From positions 43,138 through 107,137 of the forward strand of contig JAPLUW010000001.1 in the NCBI GenBank assembly GCA_026397405.1: a DNA stretch of 64,000 nucleotides. The letters run 5' to 3'. This document shows positions 8,604-18,308 of this stretch, one piece after another. Both the position numbers and the translations under genes were made by a program. Numbering within the stretch: the stretch's first letter is position 1; each line of letters begins with the position of its first letter. Source of the stretch: Candidatus Adlerbacteria bacterium. Its GTDB lineage: Bacteria; Patescibacteriota; Minisyncoccia; Phycocordibacterales; SBAW01. The notes below the pieces were generated by a model that was given only the letters and a program-made list of their open reading frames with translations, searched no databases and had not been told where the DNA came from.

Positions 8604-9596
8604 TCATTGAACTTGTGGAGAGGTGAGTTGTTCAGAGTGTTGTTTGACTTCGTGAGGCAGATGACCCACTTGCCAAAAAATGACGAACGACGCCAACACG
8701 ACGAGCCCGAGGTAGTAACCGAGCCACTTTGCTCGCACCCCACCTGTTGGATAGGCTCGGTCGTCAATATTGCCAGCATCGCCGTTTTCACTGCGTGCAC
8801 TGTCCTTGATCCAATACATCCCCGTGAGGATAATTGCAATGACACAGTCCATCACTGTGATGTGCCACGGTTGAGGGTCGCCGTATCCGAGGAACATCAA
8901 CGTCGCCATTGAGACACCCAGAATACCTGCAAGCCAAGGACGAAGCCAGAGTGTGAAGCGCTTAAAGCCGTCCAGACACAGTATCCAGATAAGCAGGATG
9001 CCAGGCTGACCTGTTGTAATGGTGTAAACGAGCAATACGCCAAGACCGACGTACTTGAACCAACCGCCAATGGCTTGCGTGACCCTGCCGCCATCCATTG
9101 GGCTAATCGGAATCAGATTGAACAGATTTAGAAAAATCCCAACGTAGCTCACCAGAAGTACAATCTCGGCGGTCTTGCCGTCCGTGAACGGCCATATCGC
9201 CAAGCATGCCAGTGCACCGATGGTTCCGAATAAGGGGCCTCCAAAGCCGACAAAGGCTTCGGTGTCGCGGTTGTCGAACTTGGGGGCAAAGATGACCGCG
9301 CCAAGGAACGGGATGAACACTGGGCCAGGTGTCTCATAGCCCTTCATCCGCAAGGCGATGATGTGTCCCATCTCGTGGATGAAGAGCATTGCGACTAGGC
9401 CTACACCAAACCACGGCCCCAGCCCTATGCCGTAGAGGACGGCTGAGATCGCCATAGAAATAACTGTGATCAGTGGCTTGGTGAACTTGAGCACCTTCAA
9501 AGCTGCGACGATTTTCGTTGACTTGATGAAGATAGTCATGGCCGCAAGCGCCAGTCCGATGTAGGATTTGCGCCTGCTCGTGTTGTCGTTTTCCAT
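8604..9596 (-). CDS. Site-2 protease family (peptidase M50) intramembrane zinc metalloprotease.
   Basis: HEMGH (HExxH) inside a transmembrane helix and NLIPISPMDGG (the NxxPxxxxDGG motif of M50). Polytopic membrane protein. Confidence 0.75.
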   Translation of the reverse strand: MENDNTSRRKSYIGLALAAMTIFIKSTKIVAALKVLKFTKPLITVISMAISAVLYGIGLGPWFGVGLVAMLFIHEMGHIIALRMKGYETPGPVFIPFLGAVIFAPKFDNRDTEAFVGFGGPLFGTIGALACLAIWPFTDGKTAEIVLLVSYVGIFLNLFNLIPISPMDGGRVTQAIGGWFKYVGLGVLLVYTITTGQPGILLIWILCLDGFKRFTLWLRPWLAGILGVSMATLMFLGYGDPQPWHITVMDCVIAIILTGMYWIKDSARSENGDAGNIDDRAYPTGGVRAKWLGYYLGLVVLASFVIFWQVGHLPHEVKQHSEQLTSPQVQ

Positions 9597-9636
9597 CGTT
9601 TAACCTCCGTTTTGAAAAGGGCGACTGCCAAGGATA

Positions 9637-12600
9637 ATGACAGGCATAAAGAAAATTGTCAATGTTTTACTAAAAGAAAAACTGCCCCCGAGGTATACTA
9701 AAAATATGTCGAGGTTTGTCCATCTCCATGCCCATTCGCACTACTCGCTGCTTGGCGCACTACCTAAGTTGCCCGAATTGGTTGCGGCTGCAAAAGCACA
9801 AGGCTGCGAGGCACTTGCATTGACCGACTTGGGCAACATGTACGGCGCAATTGAGTTTATAAAAGAGTGTAAAGATGCAGGGATAAAACCAATTGTCGGC
9901 GTGGATTTAGCCCTTGCAACCGGTGGGAGGCTTGTCTTGCTTGCAGAAAATAACGAAGGCTACAAAAATTTGCTCGCGCTTGTTACCGATTCGTACTTTA
10001 CAGAAAACGCCAGCACGGTAGCTGTCACCCACGACATGCTGCGTGCCCGCAGCGCTGGAGTTATTGCCATTGCAACAAGCGGACAAAGTGACCCTGCACT
10101 GCGCGAAATTTTTGGGGATAAAAATTTGTATACCGATGTTGCGCTGCGCGAGATATTTTACGTACGCCCTGACGACCGCCGCGCATGGGAGACGCTGCGC
10201 AAAATTGCACACAGCGACGGAGGTGCAGAAAATGCTTACTTGGAAGAAGGCGACTTCCATTTCCCCACCGTCGCTGAAATGGAAGAAGAATTTACCGCAG
10301 AGCAATTGGCGAGGACAGTTGAAATTGCCGAGCGGTGCAATGTAGAGTTAAAACTTGGATCGTGGGTGTTCCCCGACTTCCCTATTCCTGCAGGTGCAAC
10401 CTACGACAGCGAACTCCGCCGCTTAATGGAAGAAGGGTTGGTGCGCCGCGGGCTACATGAGAGTGCTGAAGTGCGCGAGCGAATTGAATACGAATACAAA
10501 ATTATTTGCACCAAAGGATATTCGCCATACTTTTTGGTAGTGGCCGACCTGCTTAACTTTGCACGTACTAACGGGATTTTGACAACCATCCGCGGCTCGG
10601 TCGCAGGCTCTATGGTTACGTTTGCACTTGGCATCACCAACGTGAACCCACTGGAATATAAACTCCCCTTCGAGCGTTTTCTAAACCCCGAGAGGCCCAG
10701 CGCCCCCGACATCGACATGGACTACGCCGACAACCGCCGCGACGAAGTTATTGAATATGCCCGCCGGAAATATGGCGAGACTCACGTGGCACAAATAGGT
10801 ACCTTCGGCACCATGTTGGCGCGCGGCGTTGTACGTGACGTTGCGCGAGCACTTGGGTACCCCTACGGCCTGGGCGACCGTATTTCAAAAGAAATTCCTT
10901 TTGGGAGCCAAGGTTTCCCCATGACACTCGAGCGTGCACTTGCAGAAAACCCCGAACTCGCAAAAATATATAAGGAAGACGAAGATGCGAAAGAGATCAT
11001 CGACCTCGGTAAAAAACTGGAAGGCAGCGCCCGCCACATCTCTGTACACGCGGCGGGCGTCGTAATTTCGCCCCAGCCGCTTGTAGAATATTCGCCACTT
11101 CAAAAAGACCCTAAGGGCGGCAAAATAATTACCCAATACGACATGCATTCCGTGGAAGACGCGGGGCTGTTGAAATTCGACTTCCTAGGCATCCGCAACC
11201 TTGCTATCTTGGCACACGCCGTAAAGCTGGTTGAAAAAATAACCGGTACAAAAATTGATATAGAAAATATTCCTATCGACGACAAAAAAACATTCGACAT
11301 GCTTGCGCGCGGCGAGACGGAAGGTACGTTCCAGTTAAACGGTACGGGCATGACGCGTTACTTGAAAGAATTGAAGCCGTCGACCATACACGACATTAAC
11401 GCCATGGTTGCGTTGTTCCGCCCAGGACCGATGGAAACAATTCCACAATATATTGAACGCAAACATAACCGACACTTGGTGCATTACTTAGACCCACGCA
11501 TGAAAGAGTATTTGGAATTTTCCAATGGACTGCTTGTGTACCAAGACGACGTGCTCATGACCGCGATAAAACTCGGCGGCTATTCGTGGTTGCAGGCCGA
11601 CGTGCTGCGCAAAGCGATGGGTAAAAAAATTCCCGAAGTAATGAAAGCCGAAAAAGAAAAACTTATTAAGGGCTTTGTCGAATTTGGCAAACTCACTCCA
11701 GGGTTGGCAGAAAAATTGTGGTTACTTATTGAGCCCTTTGCCGCGTACGGCTTTGGCAAAGCGCATGCTGCAAGTTACGGCAAAGTTGCGTACCAAACTG
11801 CATACATGAAAGCCAACTTCCCTGCACTGTATATGGCCGCAGTGCTTACGGCAGAGTCGGGCGACTTGGATACAATTTCTGTGATGGTTGCCGAGTGTAA
11901 ACGCATGGGCGTTGCAGTATTGCCGCCCGACATTAATGAAAGTTTTGGCGACTTTACAGCGATATTAAACGAAGGCAATGGAGATGCTATCCGCTTCGGA
12001 CTCTATTCAATAAAAAACTTCGGAGCAGGCGTTGCCGATGCGATACTTGCTGAGCGGAAAGAGAACGGGCCGTTCACGTCGCTTTCGACCTTCCTTACCC
12101 GCGTTGGTAAAACAAGTTTAAATAAACGCGGACTTGAGTCGCTTATAGAATGCGGCGCACTCGACTCGCTTGGTGAGCGCGGGCAAATGCTCGCCTCGCT
12201 TGAGTTGTTGTTGCAATACCACCGCGACGCAGGAGCGGAACAATCGCAAGACTCTTTGTTTGCAGACGCAGGTGCATCGAGCGAAATAAAGCTTCCAGAC
12301 GCACCTGTCGCAACTGCCGAAACTCGCCTTGCGTGGGAAAAAGAATTGCTCGGCCTCTACATTTCCGGCCACCCGCTCGACAAATATCGCGAAAAGCTTT
12401 CCAAGCGCCCGATGACCATAGGCCAGATGAAGCAGCGCATCATGCCTGGCATGACCGCAGTTGCCGCCGGCATGATAGAAGACGTTCGCATGATACTTAC
12501 CCGCGGCGGCGACCAGATGGCGTTTATCAAACTTGCCGACTTTGACGGTTCTATTGAAGCAGTTGTATTCCCCAAAGACTACGCCACCCACAAAGACATG

Positions 12601-12693
12601 TTAAAACCAGAAACCTGCGTTGCCATGAAAGGTCGCGTCTCTAACCGCAACGGCGAACTTTCGATGGTTGCCGAAGCAATGAAAGCTCTGTAG
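9637..12693 (+). CDS. dnaE: DNA polymerase III alpha subunit (short form, 1018 aa).
   Basis: PHP domain FVHLHAHSHYSLLGA, polymerase core and OB-fold C-terminus. True start may be the internal ATG at 9706 (MSRFVHLH...). Confidence 0.9.
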   Translation: MTGIKKIVNVLLKEKLPPRYTKNMSRFVHLHAHSHYSLLGALPKLPELVAAAKAQGCEALALTDLGNMYGAIEFIKECKDAGIKPIVGVDLALATGGRLVLLAENNEGYKNLLALVTDSYFTENASTVAVTHDMLRARSAGVIAIATSGQSDPALREIFGDKNLYTDVALREIFYVRPDDRRAWETLRKIAHSDGGAENAYLEEGDFHFPTVAEMEEEFTAEQLARTVEIAERCNVELKLGSWVFPDFPIPAGATYDSELRRLMEEGLVRRGLHESAEVRERIEYEYKIICTKGYSPYFLVVADLLNFARTNGILTTIRGSVAGSMVTFALGITNVNPLEYKLPFERFLNPERPSAPDIDMDYADNRRDEVIEYARRKYGETHVAQIGTFGTMLARGVVRDVARALGYPYGLGDRISKEIPFGSQGFPMTLERALAENPELAKIYKEDEDAKEIIDLGKKLEGSARHISVHAAGVVISPQPLVEYSPLQKDPKGGKIITQYDMHSVEDAGLLKFDFLGIRNLAILAHAVKLVEKITGTKIDIENIPIDDKKTFDMLARGETEGTFQLNGTGMTRYLKELKPSTIHDINAMVALFRPGPMETIPQYIERKHNRHLVHYLDPRMKEYLEFSNGLLVYQDDVLMTAIKLGGYSWLQADVLRKAMGKKIPEVMKAEKEKLIKGFVEFGKLTPGLAEKLWLLIEPFAAYGFGKAHAASYGKVAYQTAYMKANFPALYMAAVLTAESGDLDTISVMVAECKRMGVAVLPPDINESFGDFTAILNEGNGDAIRFGLYSIKNFGAGVADAILAERKENGPFTSLSTFLTRVGKTSLNKRGLESLIECGALDSLGERGQMLASLELLLQYHRDAGAEQSQDSLFADAGASSEIKLPDAPVATAETRLAWEKELLGLYISGHPLDKYREKLSKRPMTIGQMKQRIMPGMTAVAAGMIEDVRMILTRGGDQMAFIKLADFDGSIEAVVFPKDYATHKDMLKPETCVAMKGRVSNRNGELSMVAEAMKAL

Positions 12694-12891
12694 TATATAC
12701 GTATCGGAAATTGTTTCGGCTACCAACCGGAATCCCTCGGGGAGCAGTAATGCCTAATCTGAACCAGAGTGCCCCATCCGGGGAAACTAGGTGGAACCGC
12801 GGTCACAGTAAGATCGTCCTAGTGAGCACACGAGAAATCGTGTCTTCACTAGGGCGTTTTTTTGTTTACTTACAAATTTATTGAATTATTT
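12694..12891 (+). promoter_or_regulatory. T-box riboswitch leader controlling thrS, including its intrinsic terminator.
   Basis: T-box consensus AAACUAGGUGGAACCGCGG at 12784..12802. Hairpin loop CUACCAA at 12720..12726 presents ACC (Thr) plus a purine. The UGGA bulge is complementary to an UCCA 3' end (discriminator U), which matches the tRNA-Thr in this window. Terminator: 16-bp stem with GAAA tetraloop at 12819..12850, then GCGTTTTTTT. Confidence 0.62.
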
Positions 12892-14634
12892 ATGTCTACT
12901 ATTGAAGAAAAACGACACACGCTCGCCCACCTTCTGGCCGCCGCAGTTCGCGAACTGTACAGCGGTGCACAAAATGCTATAGGCCCTGCAGTTGAGAACG
13001 GTTTTTATCAAGACTTTGACCTAGGCTCGCACAAAGCCACCGACGAAGACTTGGCAAAAATTGAAGCCAAGATGCGCGAGATGCTTCCGAACTGGCACGC
13101 TTTTGAACGACGCGAAGTTTCTAAAGACGAAGCACTTAAAGAATTTGGATGGAACCCGTACAAGTGCGAACTTATTAACGAGTTTTCCGACAGCGAAACG
13201 CAGCTTACCTTTTACACTGTCGGCGGCTTTCTAGACCTCTGCCGTGGTGGACATGCAGAAAACCCTGCAGCAGATATTGCTCCAGACTCGTTTAAACTCG
13301 AACGTATTGCAGGCGCATATTGGCGCGGAGACGAAAAAAATAAAATGCTTACCCGCATCTATGGGTTAGCCTTTGACTCGAAGGCAGAGCTTGATGCATA
13401 CCTCGCACAAATTGAAGAAGCAAAAAAACGCGACCACAAAAAGCTCGGACCCGAACTCGACCTGTTTGTCTTTTCTGACCTTGTGGGTCCTGGCCTTCCG
13501 TTGTTTACACCAAAAGGCACACTTGTACGCAACTTACTCGATGAGTTTGTATGGGAATTGCGCAAACCCCGTGGATATCAAAAAGTAGAAATCCCACATA
13601 TTACAAAAAAAGACCTGTACGAAAAGTCCGGGCACTGGGATAAGTTTAAAGACGAGCTCTTCCGTATAACAACACGCGAAGGTCACGAGTTTGCAATGAA
13701 GCCGATGAACTGCCCACACCACACGCAAATTTATGCGCGCAAACAGTGGAGCTACCGCGAATTGCCGCAGCGATATTCAAACACTACAACCTGTTACCGC
13801 GACGAACAGTCCGGCGAACTCTCTGGCCTTTCGCGCGTCCGTGCATTCTGGCAGGACGACGCACACGTCTTTTGCCGCCTCGGAGATGTGAAAAGTGAAT
13901 TCTTAAAAGTATGGGATATCATCCATGCATTTTACCCAACCTTTGGTTTCGAATTGAAGGTCCGTCTTTCGACCCACGACCCAGAACACATGGAAAATTA
14001 TTTGGGCAGTATCGAAACCTGGGAAAAATCGGTTGGGATGCTCAAAGAAATAATTGCCGACAAAGGTATCGAAGCAATGGACGGCGTTGGAGAAGCCGCA
14101 TTCTACGGACCCAAGTTGGACTTTATGGCGCACGACTCTATTGGCCGCCAATGGCAAGTTGCAACAATTCAGCTCGACATGCTCCAGCCTGAACGCTTTG
14201 ACCTTACCTGCATCAACGAACAAGGCCAAAAGGAACGCATCGTGATGATCCATGCGGCTATCATGGGTTCGCTCGAGCGCTTTATGTCTATTCTTATTGA
14301 ACATACTGCAGGAGCATTCCCGTTGTGGCTGGCACCTGTACAAGTATCTGTGTTGCCGGTTGGCGAAGCTCACCAGGCATACGCACAAGAAATTTTGAAC
14401 GAACTGGAAAGCAAAGGTGTCCGTGCAGAAATGCTTGCAAGTGATTCTTTAGGCAAGCGCATCCGCGAAACAAAGATGCAAAAAGTTCCTTGCTTTATTG
14501 TCGTTGGCGACAAAGAAGTTGCAGACAAAACGGTTACTGTTGAAAACAATCGTGCTGGTGACAAACAAACTGTGCCGCTCGCTGAGTTTATTACCCCGAT
14601 GCTCGAACATATTCGCACACGCGCAAATATGTAA
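12892..14634 (+). CDS. thrS: Threonyl-tRNA synthetase (no N-terminal TGS domain).
   Basis: Class II aaRS motifs (PMNCPHHTQIY, FWQDDAHVFC), ThrRS editing/second-additional-domain-like region (HTLAHLLAAAV) and C-terminal anticodon-binding domain. The TTG at 12862 sits inside the leader U-tract, so the ATG at 12892 is the likely start. Confidence 0.9.
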   Translation: MSTIEEKRHTLAHLLAAAVRELYSGAQNAIGPAVENGFYQDFDLGSHKATDEDLAKIEAKMREMLPNWHAFERREVSKDEALKEFGWNPYKCELINEFSDSETQLTFYTVGGFLDLCRGGHAENPAADIAPDSFKLERIAGAYWRGDEKNKMLTRIYGLAFDSKAELDAYLAQIEEAKKRDHKKLGPELDLFVFSDLVGPGLPLFTPKGTLVRNLLDEFVWELRKPRGYQKVEIPHITKKDLYEKSGHWDKFKDELFRITTREGHEFAMKPMNCPHHTQIYARKQWSYRELPQRYSNTTTCYRDEQSGELSGLSRVRAFWQDDAHVFCRLGDVKSEFLKVWDIIHAFYPTFGFELKVRLSTHDPEHMENYLGSIETWEKSVGMLKEIIADKGIEAMDGVGEAAFYGPKLDFMAHDSIGRQWQVATIQLDMLQPERFDLTCINEQGQKERIVMIHAAIMGSLERFMSILIEHTAGAFPLWLAPVQVSVLPVGEAHQAYAQEILNELESKGVRAEMLASDSLGKRIRETKMQKVPCFIVVGDKEVADKTVTVENNRAGDKQTVPLAEFITPMLEHIRTRANM

Positions 14635-14675
14635 AAACAAAAACTCCCCGGAAATCCGGGGAGTTTTTGTTTTCT
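14631..14675. terminator. Bidirectional rho-independent terminator between convergent genes.
   Basis: AAAAACAAAAA-CTCCCCGG-AAAT-CCGGGGAG-TTTTTGTTTTC. Confidence 0.78.
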
Positions 14676-14681
14676 AGTTTT

Positions 14682-15620
14682 TTACGAACGGAATATTTGC
14701 GAGATAAGGAAGCTGTCTTCCGTAGACGGCTCACCGAAGAGAAATACTTTAAATTTATTAGCAAATGAATTTTGCACGCGCTTTACAAACATCAAGTATC
14801 CGGCAAAGACTGCCCACAGTGCCAAGAACAACCAGTACGCTACTTCGGCAGCAGTACCAAGGTCGAGGCCCGTGTACGGTACGGCAGAAAGGGTGACGTA
14901 TGGGTTGCTAATTTGTGCTTGTGCGTAGTAGGCAGATGCGTATCCATAGTTATAGTTGTACGCAAACGTGCTGCTGCCTCCCCCGCCTCCGCCCCCACCA
15001 CCTGGCGGCACGACGCAGTTCGGGTATACGCCTGTGCTGCCCGGTGGGCATACGCCCGGCGGAGTTGTACAGTTTGGGTAGGTCCCTGTTGTTCCCGGAG
15101 GGCAGACACCTGGTGGGGTCGTACAGTTTGGATACGTACCGGAAGTTCCGTTTGGACACACAGGCCCTGGCGGAACGACAGGAGGTGTCCCGCCGCCACC
15201 AGTGTCACCTTGAGTAGGCGAGGGAGAAGCTTCAGCAACTGCAACGGTAGGAGTATCAACTGTAGGTGTATCGACAGAAGGACTGTCTTCACCTTCACCT
15301 GGGCCGCAGCAACCAGCGTCATTACCCGTACCCCCCGCTCCGCCATCATCTCCAGCAGATGCGCCAGCACCCGCTCCGTCTCCAGAGCCATCCCCCGCTC
15401 CGCCGCCGCCATCACCTCCTCCGCCGTCTCCACCACCATCGCCACCTCCTCCGTCTCCGTCGGCATGTGCAATATGCGAGTCAAATATTGAAATTGTGTT
15501 GCTGTGGTTACCCGTCGATACAGAAACAGCCGAAAGCAAAAACAAGGTGCCAAGCACCAAACTGCCGCTAAGACGGAGTATGAGTCGGATATTCTGTTTT
15601 TTGTCGAGCCAGGTAAACAT
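14682..15620 (-). CDS. Gly/Asp-rich secreted surface protein with three CPPGTTGTYPNCTTPPGV repeats and a C-terminal VPYTG sorting-signal-like segment. Putative sortase substrate.
   Basis: N-terminal signal/TM. (GD)n and CPPG repeats. C-terminal NPYVTLSAVPYTGLDLG followed by a hydrophobic stretch, then KRVQN and a conserved tail ending DSFLISQI. Confidence 0.6.
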   Translation of the reverse strand: MFTWLDKKQNIRLILRLSGSLVLGTLFLLSAVSVSTGNHSNTISIFDSHIAHADGDGGGGDGGGDGGGGDGGGGAGDGSGDGAGAGASAGDDGGAGGTGNDAGCCGPGEGEDSPSVDTPTVDTPTVAVAEASPSPTQGDTGGGGTPPVVPPGPVCPNGTSGTYPNCTTPPGVCPPGTTGTYPNCTTPPGVCPPGSTGVYPNCVVPPGGGGGGGGGSSTFAYNYNYGYASAYYAQAQISNPYVTLSAVPYTGLDLGTAAEVAYWLFLALWAVFAGYLMFVKRVQNSFANKFKVFLFGEPSTEDSFLISQIFRS

Positions 15621-15715
15621 AGTAATTTTGTAATTAGATAAAGTGATTAAAGTTTTAATAATGGTTTGATGTAAAAAGTGTGGTCCACGGGTTTCCTTAA
15701 ACCCGTGGTTGCCAC

Positions 15716-16252
15716 TTATCGCGGTTCGCGAACTCGAAGTCCTGCGGCGAACAGCTCCGGAGGAGCATGTTTGCCGTAACGCAAACGTTCGGCGACTTGC
15801 TCGTTGGAGAACGTGTAGACGTATTTACTGGCGTAAAGCACTTCACCAGTCTGCGGATCTCTTTCGACGTCGATACAGAATGCCGCAGTCCCTCCAGTAT
15901 TCAGTGCCCACTCCCAGAAACCCCGACCCACGCACATCTCATCGCCCTCGACTTTGTACGAGGTATGTAACTCATTGTTGAGATTTTCGGGATTGGGATT
16001 TCCTAAAGCATCTTCAACAACAAAAGTCACTTTCCGTTTGCCGTTCACCCGGATGGGCATACAGACCAACGGACCGTTGTAGTTGATAGCCGGACGCCCC
16101 TCACGCATGTGCATGATGCACGCTGCCGTGTTGACGTAGACCTGCAAGTTGCAGTCCACACCTTGGGCAACTGCCGGGGTTACCGACAGTGCAACAGGCA
16201 TTGCCAGACCAAGAAGGCCCGCCAATGTAGTCAGAAATCTCGGATACTTCAC
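15716..16252 (-). CDS. Secreted hypothetical protein on a GC-rich island.
   Basis: Signal peptide MKYPRFLTTLAGLLGLAMPVALSVTPAVAQG. About 57% GC. No known domain. Confidence 0.5.
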   Translation of the reverse strand: MKYPRFLTTLAGLLGLAMPVALSVTPAVAQGVDCNLQVYVNTAACIMHMREGRPAINYNGPLVCMPIRVNGKRKVTFVVEDALGNPNPENLNNELHTSYKVEGDEMCVGRGFWEWALNTGGTAAFCIDVERDPQTGEVLYASKYVYTFSNEQVAERLRYGKHAPPELFAAGLRVREPR

Positions 16253-16426
16253 GAGTCGTCTCCTTAGGTTGTTGTTGGAACTTAAAAAGTCTCGTCCTGC
16301 AATGTTTTAGACATTGCGAGAGCATCTCTGCAAACCTCTTTCGAGATTTCCAATACATGCGCTCACAAAAAACTAAGCCCTGCTGGTGCAGAGTACCTCT
16401 TCATGAATGAATTTTTTATGAACAGC

Positions 16427-17080
16427 CTATTGTCCGGCTACAGCGTATGCCCCTACAAAGTCGGCCGTGACAATAAAACGGTTGCTCTTTGACGCGAACG
16501 AGTCGCACGTTACCAAGGTCAAATGTTTGCCTGTGGTCTTAAGCTCGATACTGTCCTGTGTTGCGTTGGCAACTTTTACCTGCACTACGCTGTAGCGATA
16601 TTCCATACCGGCAGAATAAACACTCACAAACTCACCTGGCTTCAAGTTTTGAATACCGTCAAAGGCTTTGTATGCCTGGTTGTGGACAATAGGCAGGTAA
16701 CTGCTGTGCCCAAACAACAACACGGTACCTTCGCTCCCGAGCAACGCGCTGCTTGGGTAGCGCACCGCACCTGTCAGCAACGCGTCGTCGAGCACCTTCA
16801 AGTCTGTTGACCCGGGGTTTTTGATAGACACATCGAGCCCAATGTTTTTTATGACAATGCGCACGGGGGCTTCGGGTGTACTGGTTGCTACACCTGCAAC
16901 AACAGCGGTGTTGTTTGTAATAGCCGGCTCGCTGGTAACCAGCGGGTGCAATGGTTCAGGCACTGCGTCGACACTTTTTAGGAAAAGCACGGTGAGCAAA
17001 AACATGCCGAGAAACATAGCAACAAACGCGCCACGGCGTTCGCCTATCTCACCTACAATGCCTTTGTTTGTTTTTTCCAT
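16427..17080 (-). CDS. Sortase (transpeptidase).
   Basis: N-terminal TM, conserved His in LLFGHS, and the catalytic Cys motif TLVTCD (TLxTC). Confidence 0.75.
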   Translation of the reverse strand: MEKTNKGIVGEIGERRGAFVAMFLGMFLLTVLFLKSVDAVPEPLHPLVTSEPAITNNTAVVAGVATSTPEAPVRIVIKNIGLDVSIKNPGSTDLKVLDDALLTGAVRYPSSALLGSEGTVLLFGHSSYLPIVHNQAYKAFDGIQNLKPGEFVSVYSAGMEYRYSVVQVKVANATQDSIELKTTGKHLTLVTCDSFASKSNRFIVTADFVGAYAVAGQ

Positions 17081-17162
17081 ATCTAACGTCTGGCTGCAAC
17101 GTACCCTTTATTGGGCTACTTGTCAAGACTCCCCCACCTCACGCGCAAAACGCGCGTAGTGT

Positions 17163-18308
17163 TTACGCGCGGGCGCGGCCCTGAATTTGCGAGAGTATAA
17201 ACGAGTCGACGGTGTCGAGAGCTTCACCAGTTGCAACTACCGCATGTACCGGGTGTACTTCAGGAGCATGGCTGTGTTGCGCAGGTGCTGCGTGGGTAGT
17301 GTGTGCAGCTGTAGCTTTGCCACCAAAGAGCGCAACAACACGGCGAGCAACTATGTTTTGTACGCGCTTAACAACAACTAAGTATGCGGCGAGCAAACAC
17401 CACACTATAAGGAAGCTCCAGTATGCAACCGTTCCCCAAAAACCAAGTTCAAGGCCGGTGTATGGAAGACTCGAAAGAGTTACGTATGGGTTGTTGGAAG
17501 TTACTGCAACTGGGTAGGTGCTTACATATGTCGGAGTTGTGTAGCTTGGGTAAACAGTAGTACCAGTGTAGGCAACTGTCGGCGACGGAGTAACAATGCT
17601 GTTGCAGCTGTTGGTTACGCAGTTACCAGTAATGTTTGTGGTAGGAGTCGTCGGTGGATAGTAGATGCTGCCGTAGGTATAGCCAGGTGACGAGTAGCTG
17701 TAACCTGGGTAGTACGAACTACCGTAACTGTAGCCACCATAGTTGTATCCACCAAGGCTGTAGTTTGCAAGGTTGAAGCCATAGACTCCTGTAACATATC
17801 CGTCTGATGTGTAGATTGTGGCAGAATTTGGAGTAATAGTTCCGTAACCGTTTGGTGTTATTGTCCCATAATTGTTTAAAGCAATAGCATCGGCACCATT
17901 CGGGGTAATCGTTCCGTAGTTGTCATTAGCAACAATGGTCCCGTACCCAGCATTTGGAGTGATGGTCCCATAATTACTATTTTGAGTTATTGTGCCGTAG
18001 TTATCGTTTGACGTAATAGTTCCGTAACCATTATTTACTGTTATTGTCCCATAGTTGTCATTAGCACTTACTGTACCAAAACCAGTGTTTGGAGTAATAG
18101 TGCCGTAACCACTATTTGAAGTTATTGAACCGTAATTTTGAGAAATACTTCCATAGTTATCGTTCGAAGTAATTGTTCCGTAATTACCTTCATCAGCATC
18201 CTGCGCGTATGCAACAGGTGCAGTTGTAAAAAGTACCACGAGGCCGAGCATTGCAAAGATACCGAAAGAAACCGGGCGTACTGCTGAAATATGTTTGAGT
18301 GTATTCAT
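17163..18308 (-). CDS. Secreted surface protein with about 15 tandem octapeptide repeats (D/N)NYGTIT(S/P)N, a Tyr/Gly-rich region and a C-terminal LPYTG sorting-signal-like segment. Putative sortase substrate.
   Basis: Signal peptide. Repeats NYGTITSN/NYGSITSN. C-terminal NPYVTLSSLPYTGLELG, then a TM stretch, KRVQN and a 60-aa tail ending DSFILSQIQ. Confidence 0.65.
   Translation of the reverse strand: MNTLKHISAVRPVSFGIFAMLGLVVLFTTAPVAYAQDADEGNYGTITSNDNYGSISQNYGSITSNSGYGTITPNTGFGTVSANDNYGTITVNNGYGTITSNDNYGTITQNSNYGTITPNAGYGTIVANDNYGTITPNGADAIALNNYGTITPNGYGTITPNSATIYTSDGYVTGVYGFNLANYSLGGYNYGGYSYGSSYYPGYSYSSPGYTYGSIYYPPTTPTTNITGNCVTNSCNSIVTPSPTVAYTGTTVYPSYTTPTYVSTYPVAVTSNNPYVTLSSLPYTGLELGFWGTVAYWSFLIVWCLLAAYLVVVKRVQNIVARRVVALFGGKATAAHTTHAAPAQHSHAPEVHPVHAVVATGEALDTVDSFILSQIQGRARA

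Noticed and set aside
14772-15553. Overlapping 239-aa (plus) and 237-aa (minus, other frame) ORFs in the Gly/Asp-repeat region
   Set aside because: Alternative-frame readings of the GGN/GAY repeat DNA. Only the 14682..15620 frame yields a signal peptide and a sorting-signal architecture.
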